A DNA stretch of 64,000 nucleotides, taken from Lawsonibacter sp. GTDB lineage: Bacteria > Bacillota > Clostridia > Oscillospirales > Oscillospiraceae. The position numbers were made by a program, and so were the translations under genes. The stretch spans positions 165 to 64,164 of the forward strand of contig JAAWIE010000004.1 of NCBI GenBank assembly GCA_022796195.1. Reading direction: 5' to 3'. Position 1 is the stretch's first letter; each line of letters starts with the position of its first letter. Positions 19,722-30,789 of the stretch are shown here, one piece after another. The notes below the pieces were generated by a model that ran no database searches, was not told the origin of the DNA, and saw only the letters and a program-made list of their open reading frames with translations.

Positions 19722-20426
19722 ATGGGAAAGACCATCTTGATTGTAGAAGACGAACAGAGCATCGTCGATATTCTGTCCTTCAATCTAACGAAAGAGGGCT
19801 ATAACACCCTGGAAGCCCTAGACGGGCCCACAGGGCTTCAGCTGGCGTTGGAGCAGAACCCGGACTTGGTTCTGCTGGATTTGATGCTGCCAAAAATGAG
19901 CGGCTTTGACGTATGCAAAAAAATCCGGGAGGCGGGCAGTGCCGTGCCCATTGTTATGCTCACCGCCCGGGAGGAAGAAGACGACAAGGTGCTGGGTTTG
20001 GAGCTGGGCGCAGACGACTACATCACCAAGCCCTTTAAAAACCGGGAGCTGATGGCCCGGGTGAAGGCCAACATCCGCCGGGTGGCGATGGCTCCCGGCG
20101 CACCCGTGCCCGTGTCGGACACCGGAACGCCCCTGGATGAGCGGATGCGGGTGGACGAGGAACGCGCCACCATTTACAAAGACGGCATCCCCCTGGATTT
20201 GACCCAGCGTGAATATGACTTGATTCGTTTTCTGGCCGCTCAGCCTGGGAAGATATATTCCCGCGAGGCCCTAATGGAACATGTCTGGAATTACGAGGGC
20301 TATGTAGGCGACGTTCGGGCGGTGGATGTGGCGATCCGCCGTCTGCGGGAGAAAATTGAGGACGACCCCGCCAACCCCGCTTTTATTAAAACCAAACGGG
20401 GTATGGGGTACTTCTTCGGAGAGTGA
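19722..20426 (+). CDS. walR: OmpR-family response regulator, WalR-like
   Basis: Receiver (LLDLMLP, GADDYITKPF) plus winged helix (YVGDVRAVDVAIRRLREKIEDDP); followed by kinase and YycH/YycI-like genes. Confidence 0.75.
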   Translation: MGKTILIVEDEQSIVDILSFNLTKEGYNTLEALDGPTGLQLALEQNPDLVLLDLMLPKMSGFDVCKKIREAGSAVPIVMLTAREEEDDKVLGLELGADDYITKPFKNRELMARVKANIRRVAMAPGAPVPVSDTGTPLDERMRVDEERATIYKDGIPLDLTQREYDLIRFLAAQPGKIYSREALMEHVWNYEGYVGDVRAVDVAIRRLREKIEDDPANPAFIKTKRGMGYFFGE

Positions 20427-20460
20427 CCGCTTGTTCTGTTTTGTCCTCTCTTTGCCGCCC

Positions 20461-20532
20461 CCTTCTTCCCCCCTCATCGATGTCAGCTTGGATTACCTTG
20501 TGGGCCGCTCCGACGTGAGAGAACGGCAGTAA
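20461..20532 (+). pseudogene. Remnant of an XRE-family HTH gene (C-terminal end)
   Basis: Frame reads PSSPLI-DVSLDYLVGRSDVRERQ*, the typical XRE C-terminal signature; no N-terminal HTH or start. Confidence 0.6.
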
Positions 20533-20533
20533 T

Positions 20534-20590
20534 AAACCTTCCCCCTCTCAGGGGGAAAGTGGCACGGGCAAAGCCCGTGACGGATGAGGG
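20534..20590 (+). repeat. Double-hairpin palindromic repeat (family A)
   Basis: aaaccTTCCCCCtctcaGGGGGAAagtggCACGGGCaaaGCCCGTGacggatgaggg; close match to the copies at 45571-45703. Confidence 0.75.
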
Positions 20591-20668
20591 TCCCCCTATA
20601 GGTACAGGAACCAATCCGTTCATCGGCTCCGGAAGGATTTCGTCAAGCGAAAGGAGGCTCGCTTTCCC

Positions 20669-22450
20669 ATGCTCCGCAGTCTGCATATGAAGCTGGTCAT
20701 GATCATGGTCCTGCTGATTCTGTCCCTCATGATGGTGGTGGGGGCCTTTCTGATCAACTCCGTGACCGCCTTTTACCTCAACGACTTCTACAGTCAGATG
20801 AGTGATGTGTTCAACGACCCTCTGCTGGCCCACGACCTGACCACCCCCTCGGAGGGGGAAGAGGACGGGGCGGTTCAGCTCTCGCTTGTGTTGGACGCCT
20901 ACGCCGGTGAGCTGGGGGTGGACAACCGTAACCGCAAGCTGTACATTCTGGACGGCGGCGGGGTGTGCCGGGTCTCTCCCGACGGAGAGAACGTCCGGTT
21001 GGAGTACACGGAAAATCTGGTGTTCGCCTTGAACACCGGCCTGGAGACCGGCGAATCTGGAGACGAAAGCAACCTGGCTCTGGACTACATGGATGTAGCC
21101 ATCCCCATCAACCGGGGCGGCGAGGACTATATCATCTATATTCTGGACAACAAGGCCACCTCCAACGACCTGACCGACCAGATGCTTGTCTTGATTATCG
21201 AGTCGCTGGTGTTCGGACTGGTGACCTCCATTTTGTTGTCTTTTTTACTGTCCAAAACCATGGTCACCCCCATCCAGAGCTTGACAGAGGGGGCCATGCG
21301 GGTAGCGAAGGGAGATTTTTCCCGAAAAATCGAGGTGGCCTCTCAAGACGAGATCGGAGTGCTTACCGACACTTTTAACGATATGGCGGGACAGCTCCAG
21401 GACACCCTGCGCCAAGTGGAGAACGAACGCAACAAGCTGGACACCCTCTTCCTCCACATGACCGATGGCGTAGTAGCCTTCTCCCGAAGCGGAAGGGTCA
21501 TCCACTCCAACCCCGCCGCCGCCCGGATGCTTCGCCGCTCCCTGGGGCCGGACGCCTCCTATGACGCGCTCTTCGGCGAGGTGGCCGCTCTGGAACAGGT
21601 GCTGAATGTCCCCGACCATCTGGAGTGGGACTTGCAGGTCCGGGACAGCTACCTTCAGCTGCTGATGGCCCCCTTCGACCGGGGCCGTTCCGGCGGCGGC
21701 GTGCTGGTGGTGCTCCACGATGTCACTGAACAGCGGAAAAACGAGGAGATGCGCCGGGAGTTTGTCGCCAACGTCTCTCATGAACTCCGCACCCCCCTGA
21801 CCAACATTCGCTCTTATGCCGAAACGCTCACCGACAACGCGGGAGAAATGCCGCCGGCCATGGAGAAGAAGTTTTTGGGCGTGATTCTCAATGAGAGCGA
21901 CCGTATGACCCACATCGTTCAGGACCTGCTCACCCTGTCCCGGTTCGACTCGGAACGGGACGAATTGAAACTCGCCCGTTTCCCCTTCGGAGAGGCGGTG
22001 AAGGACATTTACAACGCCGTCTATATGGATGCCCAGAAACACAGCCATACCCTCACGCTGGACATCGAACCCGATATGCCCGACATTCTGGCCGACCGGG
22101 AACGGGTGATCCAAGTGATGATGAATATTGTATCCAACTCCATCAAGTACACCCCCGACGGGGGCCACATCGATATTTACGCCGGAAAACGCCGGGAACA
22201 GGTTTGGATGATTGTGGACGACGACGGCATCGGAATCCCGGAAGAGGACCGCCCCCGGATTTTCGAACGCTTCTACCGCGTGGACAAGGCCCGTTCCCGG
22301 CAGTCCGGCGGCACTGGGCTGGGCCTATCCATCGCCAAAGAGATTGTAGACCGGCACCGCGGCCGGCTTACCCTGCTCAGCAAAGAGGGCCCCGGCCTTG
22401 CCATCCGGCTGGAACTGAATATTGAGGGACCAGGATATGAAAAAGAGTGA
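20669..22450 (+). CDS. walK: Sensor histidine kinase, WalK-like (TM-HAMP-PAS-HisKA-HATPase)
   Basis: HMTDGVVA PAS start, FVANVSHELRTPLT, IFERFYRVDKARSR, GGTGLGLSI. Confidence 0.75.
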   Translation: MLRSLHMKLVMIMVLLILSLMMVVGAFLINSVTAFYLNDFYSQMSDVFNDPLLAHDLTTPSEGEEDGAVQLSLVLDAYAGELGVDNRNRKLYILDGGGVCRVSPDGENVRLEYTENLVFALNTGLETGESGDESNLALDYMDVAIPINRGGEDYIIYILDNKATSNDLTDQMLVLIIESLVFGLVTSILLSFLLSKTMVTPIQSLTEGAMRVAKGDFSRKIEVASQDEIGVLTDTFNDMAGQLQDTLRQVENERNKLDTLFLHMTDGVVAFSRSGRVIHSNPAAARMLRRSLGPDASYDALFGEVAALEQVLNVPDHLEWDLQVRDSYLQLLMAPFDRGRSGGGVLVVLHDVTEQRKNEEMRREFVANVSHELRTPLTNIRSYAETLTDNAGEMPPAMEKKFLGVILNESDRMTHIVQDLLTLSRFDSERDELKLARFPFGEAVKDIYNAVYMDAQKHSHTLTLDIEPDMPDILADRERVIQVMMNIVSNSIKYTPDGGHIDIYAGKRREQVWMIVDDDGIGIPEEDRPRIFERFYRVDKARSRQSGGTGLGLSIAKEIVDRHRGRLTLLSKEGPGLAIRLELNIEGPGYEKE

Positions 22451-23792
22451 AACCATCCGGGTCGTGGAGCTGATTAAGGATGTACTGATCCTTCTGCTCA
22501 CCTGTTCGGCCCTCTATCTGGCGGCCCAGACGCCGCTGGCTGCCCCACTGGGCGAATTATTCCGAGAGGAAGGAAACCCGGCGCTTCCCGGCCGGGGACA
22601 CAGCGCAGAACGGAGCTCCGGCGCTTTGCCTTTGGCTATGGTGGTCAATCTGCCCGGCGAAAGCGGTCTGCCCGGCGGCAAAAATATGCCGGAACCGGCG
22701 GAGAGCGTGCGCTGCGGCCTTCTGTACGACCAAACTGCCTGCCAAGAATTATTCCAGCGGGTGGCGGGACCGCTGTCGGAAGCTCTGTCCAGCGCCGGAA
22801 CACCGGAACCAGTGAGCCGCCGCCAGTGGGAACGGGCATTAACCACCGCATTGGGCGTGTACATGGACTTTCAGGGGGAAGTGCCCCTGCCGGTACTGGC
22901 GGGTTGGCTGTCCGGTGGGGATACCAGACTGACCGCCACCGTCCGCCGTCTGGTTCTTACGGTGGGTGAAGACGGTGTGGAGCTGTATTACCGGGACGAG
23001 CGCGATGGACAGTGCTACCGCTGCCGGGACCAGGTTGCCGACCCCTATTTGCTGGCCGAAGCCCTGTCCGGACTGACGGACAACGGGGCCTTTTATGCGT
23101 TTGAATCCGACCTCTATCGAAAGCTGGACCCAGACACCCTGCTGATGCCCAGTGCTCCCGTCCCCCGGACCTACTCCGTCTCCAACCCGGTCACTGGGGG
23201 AAAAGCGGCTCTGGAAGCGTTGGTCCAGGACCTGGGGTTCTCCCTCAACTCCACCAGCTTCTATTCCACCGATGAACAGGTGGCCCGCAGCGGAGACAAC
23301 AGCGTGCGCCTATCCGCGCAGGGTGTGGCGCAGTATGAGGGCAACGAGGGAGGCGGAATGTTTCCCGTTCTGCGTCAGGGAGAGGCTGGAGCGATGTTCG
23401 ATGCAGTGGAAACCTGCCGCCAGTTGGCGCTGTCCGCCCTGGGCCCCCGGTGCGGCGAGGCAAGGCTCTACCTGATCTCGGTAATCGAGGTCGAGGGCGG
23501 CTGGGAAATTGACTTCGGATACAGCCTGAACGGCGTTCCCGTTCTACTGGAGCGGGGCTATGCGGCCCGCTTCCTGGTGAAGGGAGAACGTATCGTCCAA
23601 TTTTCCCTGTGTCTGCGCAGTTATACCGATGCCGGAACCACAGCGCTGGTACTTCCTCCAAAACAGGGGGCGGCGGCTTTGGCTGCCCGGGGGCTGGAGG
23701 GCTCGGAACTGCTGCTCACCTATTCCGACAGCGGCGGCGACACGGTATCTGCCGGTTGGTCGGCCAGAGACAACACTGCCGGGGAGGGATGA
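22437..23792 (+). CDS. Membrane-anchored two-component accessory protein, YycH-like
   Basis: Single N-terminal TM (ELIKDVLILLLTCSALYL), overlaps kinase 3' end; call rests largely on synteny. Confidence 0.6.
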   Translation: MKKSETIRVVELIKDVLILLLTCSALYLAAQTPLAAPLGELFREEGNPALPGRGHSAERSSGALPLAMVVNLPGESGLPGGKNMPEPAESVRCGLLYDQTACQELFQRVAGPLSEALSSAGTPEPVSRRQWERALTTALGVYMDFQGEVPLPVLAGWLSGGDTRLTATVRRLVLTVGEDGVELYYRDERDGQCYRCRDQVADPYLLAEALSGLTDNGAFYAFESDLYRKLDPDTLLMPSAPVPRTYSVSNPVTGGKAALEALVQDLGFSLNSTSFYSTDEQVARSGDNSVRLSAQGVAQYEGNEGGGMFPVLRQGEAGAMFDAVETCRQLALSALGPRCGEARLYLISVIEVEGGWEIDFGYSLNGVPVLLERGYAARFLVKGERIVQFSLCLRSYTDAGTTALVLPPKQGAAALAARGLEGSELLLTYSDSGGDTVSAGWSARDNTAGEG

Positions 23793-23795
23793 GGC

Positions 23796-24611
23796 GTGCC
23801 TTGGTCAAAGCTGAAAAATATCATCTTGATGATCCTGCTGGTTACGAACCTTTGCCTGCTGGTTCTGGTGGGGGGGCAGGAGCTTCAAAACAGCCGGCTG
23901 AAAAGCCGGGCCAGAGAGGACACCATCCAGCTGATTCGGGGCCGGGGCGTCCAGGTGGAAGAGAACCTCATCCCCCAATCCATGACTCTGCGGCCCCAAA
24001 CGGTACAGCGGGACTTGGATTGGGAAGAGCGTACCGCCGCCGCCCTCCTGGGCACTCCGGTGGTTGCCGAATCCCGGGGCGGTGAAGTCTACCGCTATTT
24101 CAATCCCAAGGGCTATGTCCAATTTCACAGCGACGGCGCATTTTCCGCACAGCTGAACCCTTCCGATTTTCCCTTGGGGGAAGACCGCCGGCAGGGCTGC
24201 TTGGAGCTGATGGAGAACATGGGACTGAAGGGGGTAATTCTGGACGAGACAGAGGATGCTCTGCTCTTCCGGCAGACCTGGGAGGGCAAACCGCTGTTTT
24301 CCCAACAAGTCACGATGGTTTGCCGGGAAGGCGGACTGGCCTCGATTACCGCAGGTCGTCAGCTGGTAGGGCGGCCCCAAGAGGATCCCACGCGGCACAC
24401 AATCTCCATCGCCACCGCCCTCATCGAATTTGTGAACGGCGTGAGCGCCCTGGGCGACGTGTGCAACCGGATTGATGGCATTGAAGAGGGTTTTGTCACC
24501 GCCGCCTCTCTGTCCGGACCTACGGTCCTCACTCCGGTATGGAGGGTGACCACCGATACCGGGGCCTACCAGCTGGACACCGTGACCGGCGGGGTGACCC
24601 GGGTGTTCTAA
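23796..24611 (+). CDS. YycI-like accessory protein
   Basis: MPWSKLKNIILMILLVTNLCL start and C-terminal LTPVWRV...LDTVTG typical of YycI. Confidence 0.7.
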   Translation: MPWSKLKNIILMILLVTNLCLLVLVGGQELQNSRLKSRAREDTIQLIRGRGVQVEENLIPQSMTLRPQTVQRDLDWEERTAAALLGTPVVAESRGGEVYRYFNPKGYVQFHSDGAFSAQLNPSDFPLGEDRRQGCLELMENMGLKGVILDETEDALLFRQTWEGKPLFSQQVTMVCREGGLASITAGRQLVGRPQEDPTRHTISIATALIEFVNGVSALGDVCNRIDGIEEGFVTAASLSGPTVLTPVWRVTTDTGAYQLDTVTGGVTRVF

Positions 24612-24678
24612 TAACTCTCCCCACCTAACAAAAATGGACGCATCTGCGATGTGTTTCTATCAATGAGAGAAAGAGCGA

Positions 24679-25800
24679 ATGTTTATGTCAGAATTACAAT
24701 TTACCATTCCCACCCTCTTTGGTCTGGAAGGTGTCTGCGCCGACGAGGTCCGCCGCCTGAACCTGCCCAAGGTAACAGCGGAAAACGGGCGGGTGCTGTG
24801 TACCGGCTCTGAACAGGATCTGCCCCGGCTCAACCTGAATGTCCGCACCGGGGAACGGGTACTGTTGGCGCTGGGAAACTTCCTTGCCCGAGACTTTGAC
24901 GCCCTTTTTGAGGGGGTACGCGCCCTGCCTTGGGAACGGTTCATCCCCCGGGATGGGCAGTTCCCAGTAAAAGGCCACTGCCTGAACTCCGCCCTGCACT
25001 CAGTCCCCGCCTGCCAATCCATTGTGAAAAAGGCAATTGCCGCCCGGCTGGGCGGCAAATACGGTCTGAGCACCCTTCCGGAGACGGGGGCGCTGTATCA
25101 GGTGCAATTTTCTATCATGGGCGACGAGGCGGTGTTGATGCTGGACACCTCCGGCCCCGGCCTCCACAAGCGGGGCTACCGGGCACAGGGTGTAGCCGCG
25201 CCCCTGCGGGAGACCTTGGCCGCCGGGATGGTTCTGTTGTCCCGATACAAGGGCCGGGACCCCCTGTGCGACCCCTTTTGTGGTTCAGGGACCATTCCCA
25301 TTGAGGCCGCGCTGATCGCCCGGAACCGTGCCCCAGGACTAAACCGGTCCTTTTCTGCCCAAAAATGGAGCTGGCTGGAGAAGGAACTCTGGCTGCGCGC
25401 CGCCGATGAGGCGATGGACCGGGAATTTGACGGCAGTTATGAAATCTGGGGCGGCGACATCGACCCGGAGGCGGTAGCTCTGGCAAAGCACAACGCCGCT
25501 TTGGCCGAAGTGGATGATCTTGTCCGCTTTGAGACCTCCGACGCAACCCAGTTCCATTGGGGCGGACTATACGGCCGGGTGGTGACCAATCCGCCCTACG
25601 GCGAGCGTGTGATGGAGCGGAAAGAGGCCGAAGAACTGTACCGAGCCTTCGGCCGGGCCTGGAATAAATTTCCGGAGAGCTGGAAATTATACCTGCTGTC
25701 CTCCCACACCGAATTTGAGCGCACCTTTGGTAAGCGTGCCGACAAAAAACGCAAACTTTACAACGGAATGTTGAAATGTGATTTGTTCATGTACCTGTAA
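24679..25800 (+). CDS. THUMP-domain class I SAM RNA methyltransferase (RlmL/YpsC-like)
   Basis: DTSGPGLHKRGYR, APLRETLAA, DPFCGSGTIPIEAA, NPPYGER. Confidence 0.9.
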   Translation: MFMSELQFTIPTLFGLEGVCADEVRRLNLPKVTAENGRVLCTGSEQDLPRLNLNVRTGERVLLALGNFLARDFDALFEGVRALPWERFIPRDGQFPVKGHCLNSALHSVPACQSIVKKAIAARLGGKYGLSTLPETGALYQVQFSIMGDEAVLMLDTSGPGLHKRGYRAQGVAAPLRETLAAGMVLLSRYKGRDPLCDPFCGSGTIPIEAALIARNRAPGLNRSFSAQKWSWLEKELWLRAADEAMDREFDGSYEIWGGDIDPEAVALAKHNAALAEVDDLVRFETSDATQFHWGGLYGRVVTNPPYGERVMERKEAEELYRAFGRAWNKFPESWKLYLLSSHTEFERTFGKRADKKRKLYNGMLKCDLFMYL

Positions 25801-25937
25801 AATTTTTACAACCACTGACGCCAACCGAATATGGACCCGCCAAGGGGTTTTGTTCTCCACTTTAGCACTCCGCACATCTGTTTGTGAACGAAATGTAAAT
25901 CCTTACCGCTTGACCCCCGATTTTTTGAAATTGGGGG

Positions 25938-25966
25938 TTGATTTTTTTGCCGGAAGCGGTTATTAT
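25938..25966 (+). promoter_or_regulatory. Sigma-A promoter of groESL
   Basis: TTGATT-N17-TATTAT immediately upstream of CIRCE. Confidence 0.6.
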
Positions 25967-25977
25967 CTTATCTGTAC

Positions 25978-26004
25978 TTAGCACTCGACAGAATTAAGTG
26001 CTAA
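25978..26004. promoter_or_regulatory. CIRCE element (HrcA operator)
   Basis: TTAGCACTC-gacagaatt-AAGTGCTAA, one mismatch to TTAGCACTC-N9-GAGTGCTAA. Confidence 0.93.
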
Positions 26005-26054
26005 CACGACATTAGTTGATCCGAAACATTAAGTTATATAAGGAGGAACCTGTT

Positions 26055-26339
26055 ATGAAACTCAAACCCCTGGCCGACCGCGTCATTGTGAAACTGGTGG
26101 AGGCCGAAGAGACCACCAAGGGCGGCATCATCCTCACCGGTGCAGCCAAGGAGAAGCCCGAGGTCGCCGAAGTAATCGCAGTCGGTCCCGGCGGCATGGT
26201 GGACGGAAAAGAGGTCGTTATGACCGTGAACGTGGGCGACAAAGTTATCACCAGCAAGTATTCCGGCACCCAGGTGAAGCTGGACGGCGAGGAAGTTACC
26301 ATCGTCCGTCAGAACGACATCCTGGCCGTTGTGGAGTAA
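26055..26339 (+). CDS. groES: Co-chaperonin GroES
   Basis: LKPLADRVIVK, TKGGIIL, AVGPG; AGGAGG RBS. Confidence 0.97.
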   Translation: MKLKPLADRVIVKLVEAEETTKGGIILTGAAKEKPEVAEVIAVGPGGMVDGKEVVMTVNVGDKVITSKYSGTQVKLDGEEVTIVRQNDILAVVE

Positions 26340-26364
26340 ATCAAATCTTAATTATTGGAGGTAA

Positions 26365-27996
<1,632 letters not shown>

Positions 27997-28001
27997 GTAC
28001 C

Positions 28002-28031
28002 AAAGCCCGGAACTTACGTTCCGGGCTTTTT
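28002..28031 (+). terminator. groESL terminator
   Basis: AAAGCCCGGAAC-ttac-GTTCCGGGCTTTTT. Confidence 0.88.
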
Positions 28032-28215
28032 ATTGGTCAAAAACGGTATCCAGGCAAAGGCACCTTGATCGCTCCTCAAAAATCCCCCATTGAAGATTTT
28101 GTAAATCTGGGCTATACTATAGCTAAATTCCGAATTCAAGAGCAGCACATCAAACCATATATTGCCGCACGGCCGCATATGACGGGAAATCAATGCTTGA
28201 AAGGTAGGGACAGCG

Positions 28216-30402
28216 ATGGCAAGCCACAGGTTAGGGAAGTACTGGACCGCAGCGGCACTGAACCGGCGGGGCTGGAGCAAGGCACTGATCAAAGAGCTTC
28301 TGCCAGAGCCTCGGGTAATCCCGATGGACGGGCATTCCGCCCGTGTCTGGAAAAAGGAGACGGTCCGTGCAGCGGAGGGCACAGCCCGCTTTGCAGAACA
28401 GATGCTCCAAAATGCCGGCGGCCCCCGCCGCACCGGGCTGGCACTGAATCAGGTTTGGCAGACTGCGGTTCACGAAGACACCCTGTCCTGGCGGCTGGCT
28501 GGGCACTATCACAATGCTATTTTGCACCGGATGTCCTCCGCGCACAAAACTGTGGGTCTGCGTTCTGCTCAGGTCTCAGCATGGCTGAAAGAGTTTCTCG
28601 CTTTGGAGAAGAACTGTGAGCCTGCCCGCCTGCCCGATGTTTTAAAAAATTTCATCCGCACTGGGACATGGCTCAGCGAATGTTCCAGCCACTCTCTGGC
28701 CACCGAAGTCTATGACCGGTACCCAGAAGTTCTCCACACCGCCGCCCAACGGGTACTGGAGGAATTTACCGCCGCCCAACCCGAGGCCGACACAGAAGGA
28801 ATGCTGCAGCAGATGGACTTTCCCTTCTGCCAGCTGTTCAAAGAGGGGCTGGCGACCGTGTGGTCGGTATGGTATGTCCCCCAGGCCATTCGTTCCAGCC
28901 TGTCCCTGTTGATCGCCCTCAATCCCAAGGACGAGTACCCGGAGGCTCGGGCCATGCACCGCCGCTTTGTTCTGCACCTGGGCGGCACCAATACTGGCAA
29001 AACTTATGCCGGATTTCAGCGTCTGAAACAGGCGAGGTCAGGGGTCTATTTGGCTCCTCTGCGCCTGCTGGCCCTGGAAGCCCAGGAGACGCTGTTGGAT
29101 TCGGGGGTCGCGTGCGGCCTGTCCACCGGCGAAGAAGAGGATCTTCGGGAGGAGGATACCCATATCGCGGCTACAGCGGAGAAACTGGACCTAAAACGCC
29201 GCTGGGATGTGGCGGTGATTGACGAGTGCCAGATGATTGCGGACAGCCAGCGGGGTTATGCCTGGACCCGGGCCATTCTAGGGGTTCTGGCTCCGGAAGT
29301 CCATCTGTGCGCCGCACCCGAGGCCAAGGAACTGCTTTTACGGCTGATTGACAGCTGCGGCGACAGCGCAGCTGTCGAGCTCCACCAACGGACTACGCCG
29401 CTGATCTGCATGAGCCGTACCATAGATTACCAGCGGGTCCAGCCCGGAGACGCTCTGATTACCTTTTCCAAGGTGGGAGTGCTCAGCGTGGCGGAAGACC
29501 TGCGTCAGAGCGGCAAGGAACCGGCGATCATCTATGGCGCCCTGCCATACTCCACCCGGCGCAAACAGATGGACGGGTTCTTGGCCGGTAAGATGGAATA
29601 TATCGTCTCCACCGACGCCATCGGAATGGGCCTGAACCTACCCATCCGGCGCATTATTTTCATGGAGACGGAGAAATTTGATGGCGTGGAACGCCGGAGT
29701 CTGAAACCGGAGGAAATCAAACAGATTGCGGGGCGGGCCGGCCGTTTCGGCATGTATAACCGGGGCTATGTAGGGGCAACACAGAATTTATCCGTGATTC
29801 GAGCAGGGCTGGATACAGTAACGCCGCCCCTGCAATATGCTGTGGCTGGTTTTTCAGACCTGGTGCTACAGGTAGATTTTGACCTGCTGGAGGTACTGAC
29901 CCAGTGGAACCAGATGCCTACGGTAGAGCCCTATCGCAAACTGGATATTACCCGGTATATCACCATCATCTCAAAAATGCGGGAGATGGGTTTTGTCCTC
30001 ACCCGAGAACAGGAACTGAGAGCGGCAAACATCCCCTTTGATGAGCGGGACGAGGCGCTGCGTGATCTATTTTTCCTGCTCCTGCACCGCTGGCAGGAGG
30101 AAGAACCCATCGAACAGCCCGGTCTGCCGGAGGAGGAACCCACCCTGCCGGAACTGGAACTGTATTACCGCAAGCTGGATCTCTATTTTTCCTTTGCAAA
30201 AACCTTCCACTGCCCGGTGGACGAGGACAAGCTGTATGACAGCCGGGAACGGGTGGCCGACGAGATCAACGAAATTCTTCTGCACCGGCTGCGAAACAAC
30301 ATTCGGTTTTGCGACCGCTGCGGCAAGGCCCTGCCTCTGCACCATAGAGGGCGGCTGTGCGACGCCTGTTTCCGGCGCCGCCGGGATAACCGCAAGGCAT
30401 GA
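28216..30402 (+). CDS. SUV3-like SF2 helicase with extra N-terminal domain and C-terminal Cys4 zinc ribbon
   Basis: GGTNTGKTY, YLAPLRLLALE, VIDECQMI, YGALP, STDAIGMGLNL, QIAGRAGRFG; C-terminal CDRC...CDAC. Confidence 0.88.
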   Translation: MASHRLGKYWTAAALNRRGWSKALIKELLPEPRVIPMDGHSARVWKKETVRAAEGTARFAEQMLQNAGGPRRTGLALNQVWQTAVHEDTLSWRLAGHYHNAILHRMSSAHKTVGLRSAQVSAWLKEFLALEKNCEPARLPDVLKNFIRTGTWLSECSSHSLATEVYDRYPEVLHTAAQRVLEEFTAAQPEADTEGMLQQMDFPFCQLFKEGLATVWSVWYVPQAIRSSLSLLIALNPKDEYPEARAMHRRFVLHLGGTNTGKTYAGFQRLKQARSGVYLAPLRLLALEAQETLLDSGVACGLSTGEEEDLREEDTHIAATAEKLDLKRRWDVAVIDECQMIADSQRGYAWTRAILGVLAPEVHLCAAPEAKELLLRLIDSCGDSAAVELHQRTTPLICMSRTIDYQRVQPGDALITFSKVGVLSVAEDLRQSGKEPAIIYGALPYSTRRKQMDGFLAGKMEYIVSTDAIGMGLNLPIRRIIFMETEKFDGVERRSLKPEEIKQIAGRAGRFGMYNRGYVGATQNLSVIRAGLDTVTPPLQYAVAGFSDLVLQVDFDLLEVLTQWNQMPTVEPYRKLDITRYITIISKMREMGFVLTREQELRAANIPFDERDEALRDLFFLLLHRWQEEEPIEQPGLPEEEPTLPELELYYRKLDLYFSFAKTFHCPVDEDKLYDSRERVADEINEILLHRLRNNIRFCDRCGKALPLHHRGRLCDACFRRRRDNRKA

Positions 30403-30438
30403 ATGGGCGGAAAACCTTCCAAAAATCCGGTTCTGCCC

Positions 30439-30467
30439 TTGACACAACCGCGTCGGAATGTTAATAT
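30439..30467 (+). promoter_or_regulatory. Sigma-A promoter of the cys leader
   Basis: TTGACA-N17-TAATAT with TG extension. Confidence 0.6.
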
Positions 30468-30479
30468 ACTGTATTATCA

Positions 30480-30692
30480 GCGCAAAGAACGGAAAAGTAG
30501 CGTCTCACCCGGCAAACAGAGAGGGCCCCTCACCGGCTGAAAGGGGGCTTGGGCTGGAGGGACGTGAAGTGCGTCCGGGAGCGCGGCGGGTAATGCCGCC
30601 CGGTTTGGCCCCGATAACGGCCAATTGAGTGAAAATGAGAGTGGAACCGCGAGAGATCGCCTCTTATATCCGCAGGGATATAAGGGGCTTTT
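30480..30692 (+). ncRNA. T-box riboswitch, Cys specifier
   Basis: AGAGA and GGCTGAAA in stem I, specifier GAAG-TGC at 30570-30572, T-box AAAATGAGAGTGGAACCGCG (30632-30651), terminator 30659-30692; upstream of cysE-cysS. Confidence 0.9.
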
Positions 30693-30700
30693 CGTTTATG

Positions 30701-30770
30701 CGCAGGCGAATATCATCCGCCCGCACATTTTCGCAGTGTTGTTTTCAAACGGACTATGTCCGCCGCTATA
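30701..30770. repeat. Degenerate inverted doublet (family B)
   Basis: cgcaGGCGAATatcATCCGCCcg (30701-30723) and oppositely oriented CGGACtatGTCCGccgctata (30750-30770). Confidence 0.45.
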
Positions 30771-30789
30771 GAAAGGTGATTCAATTGCT

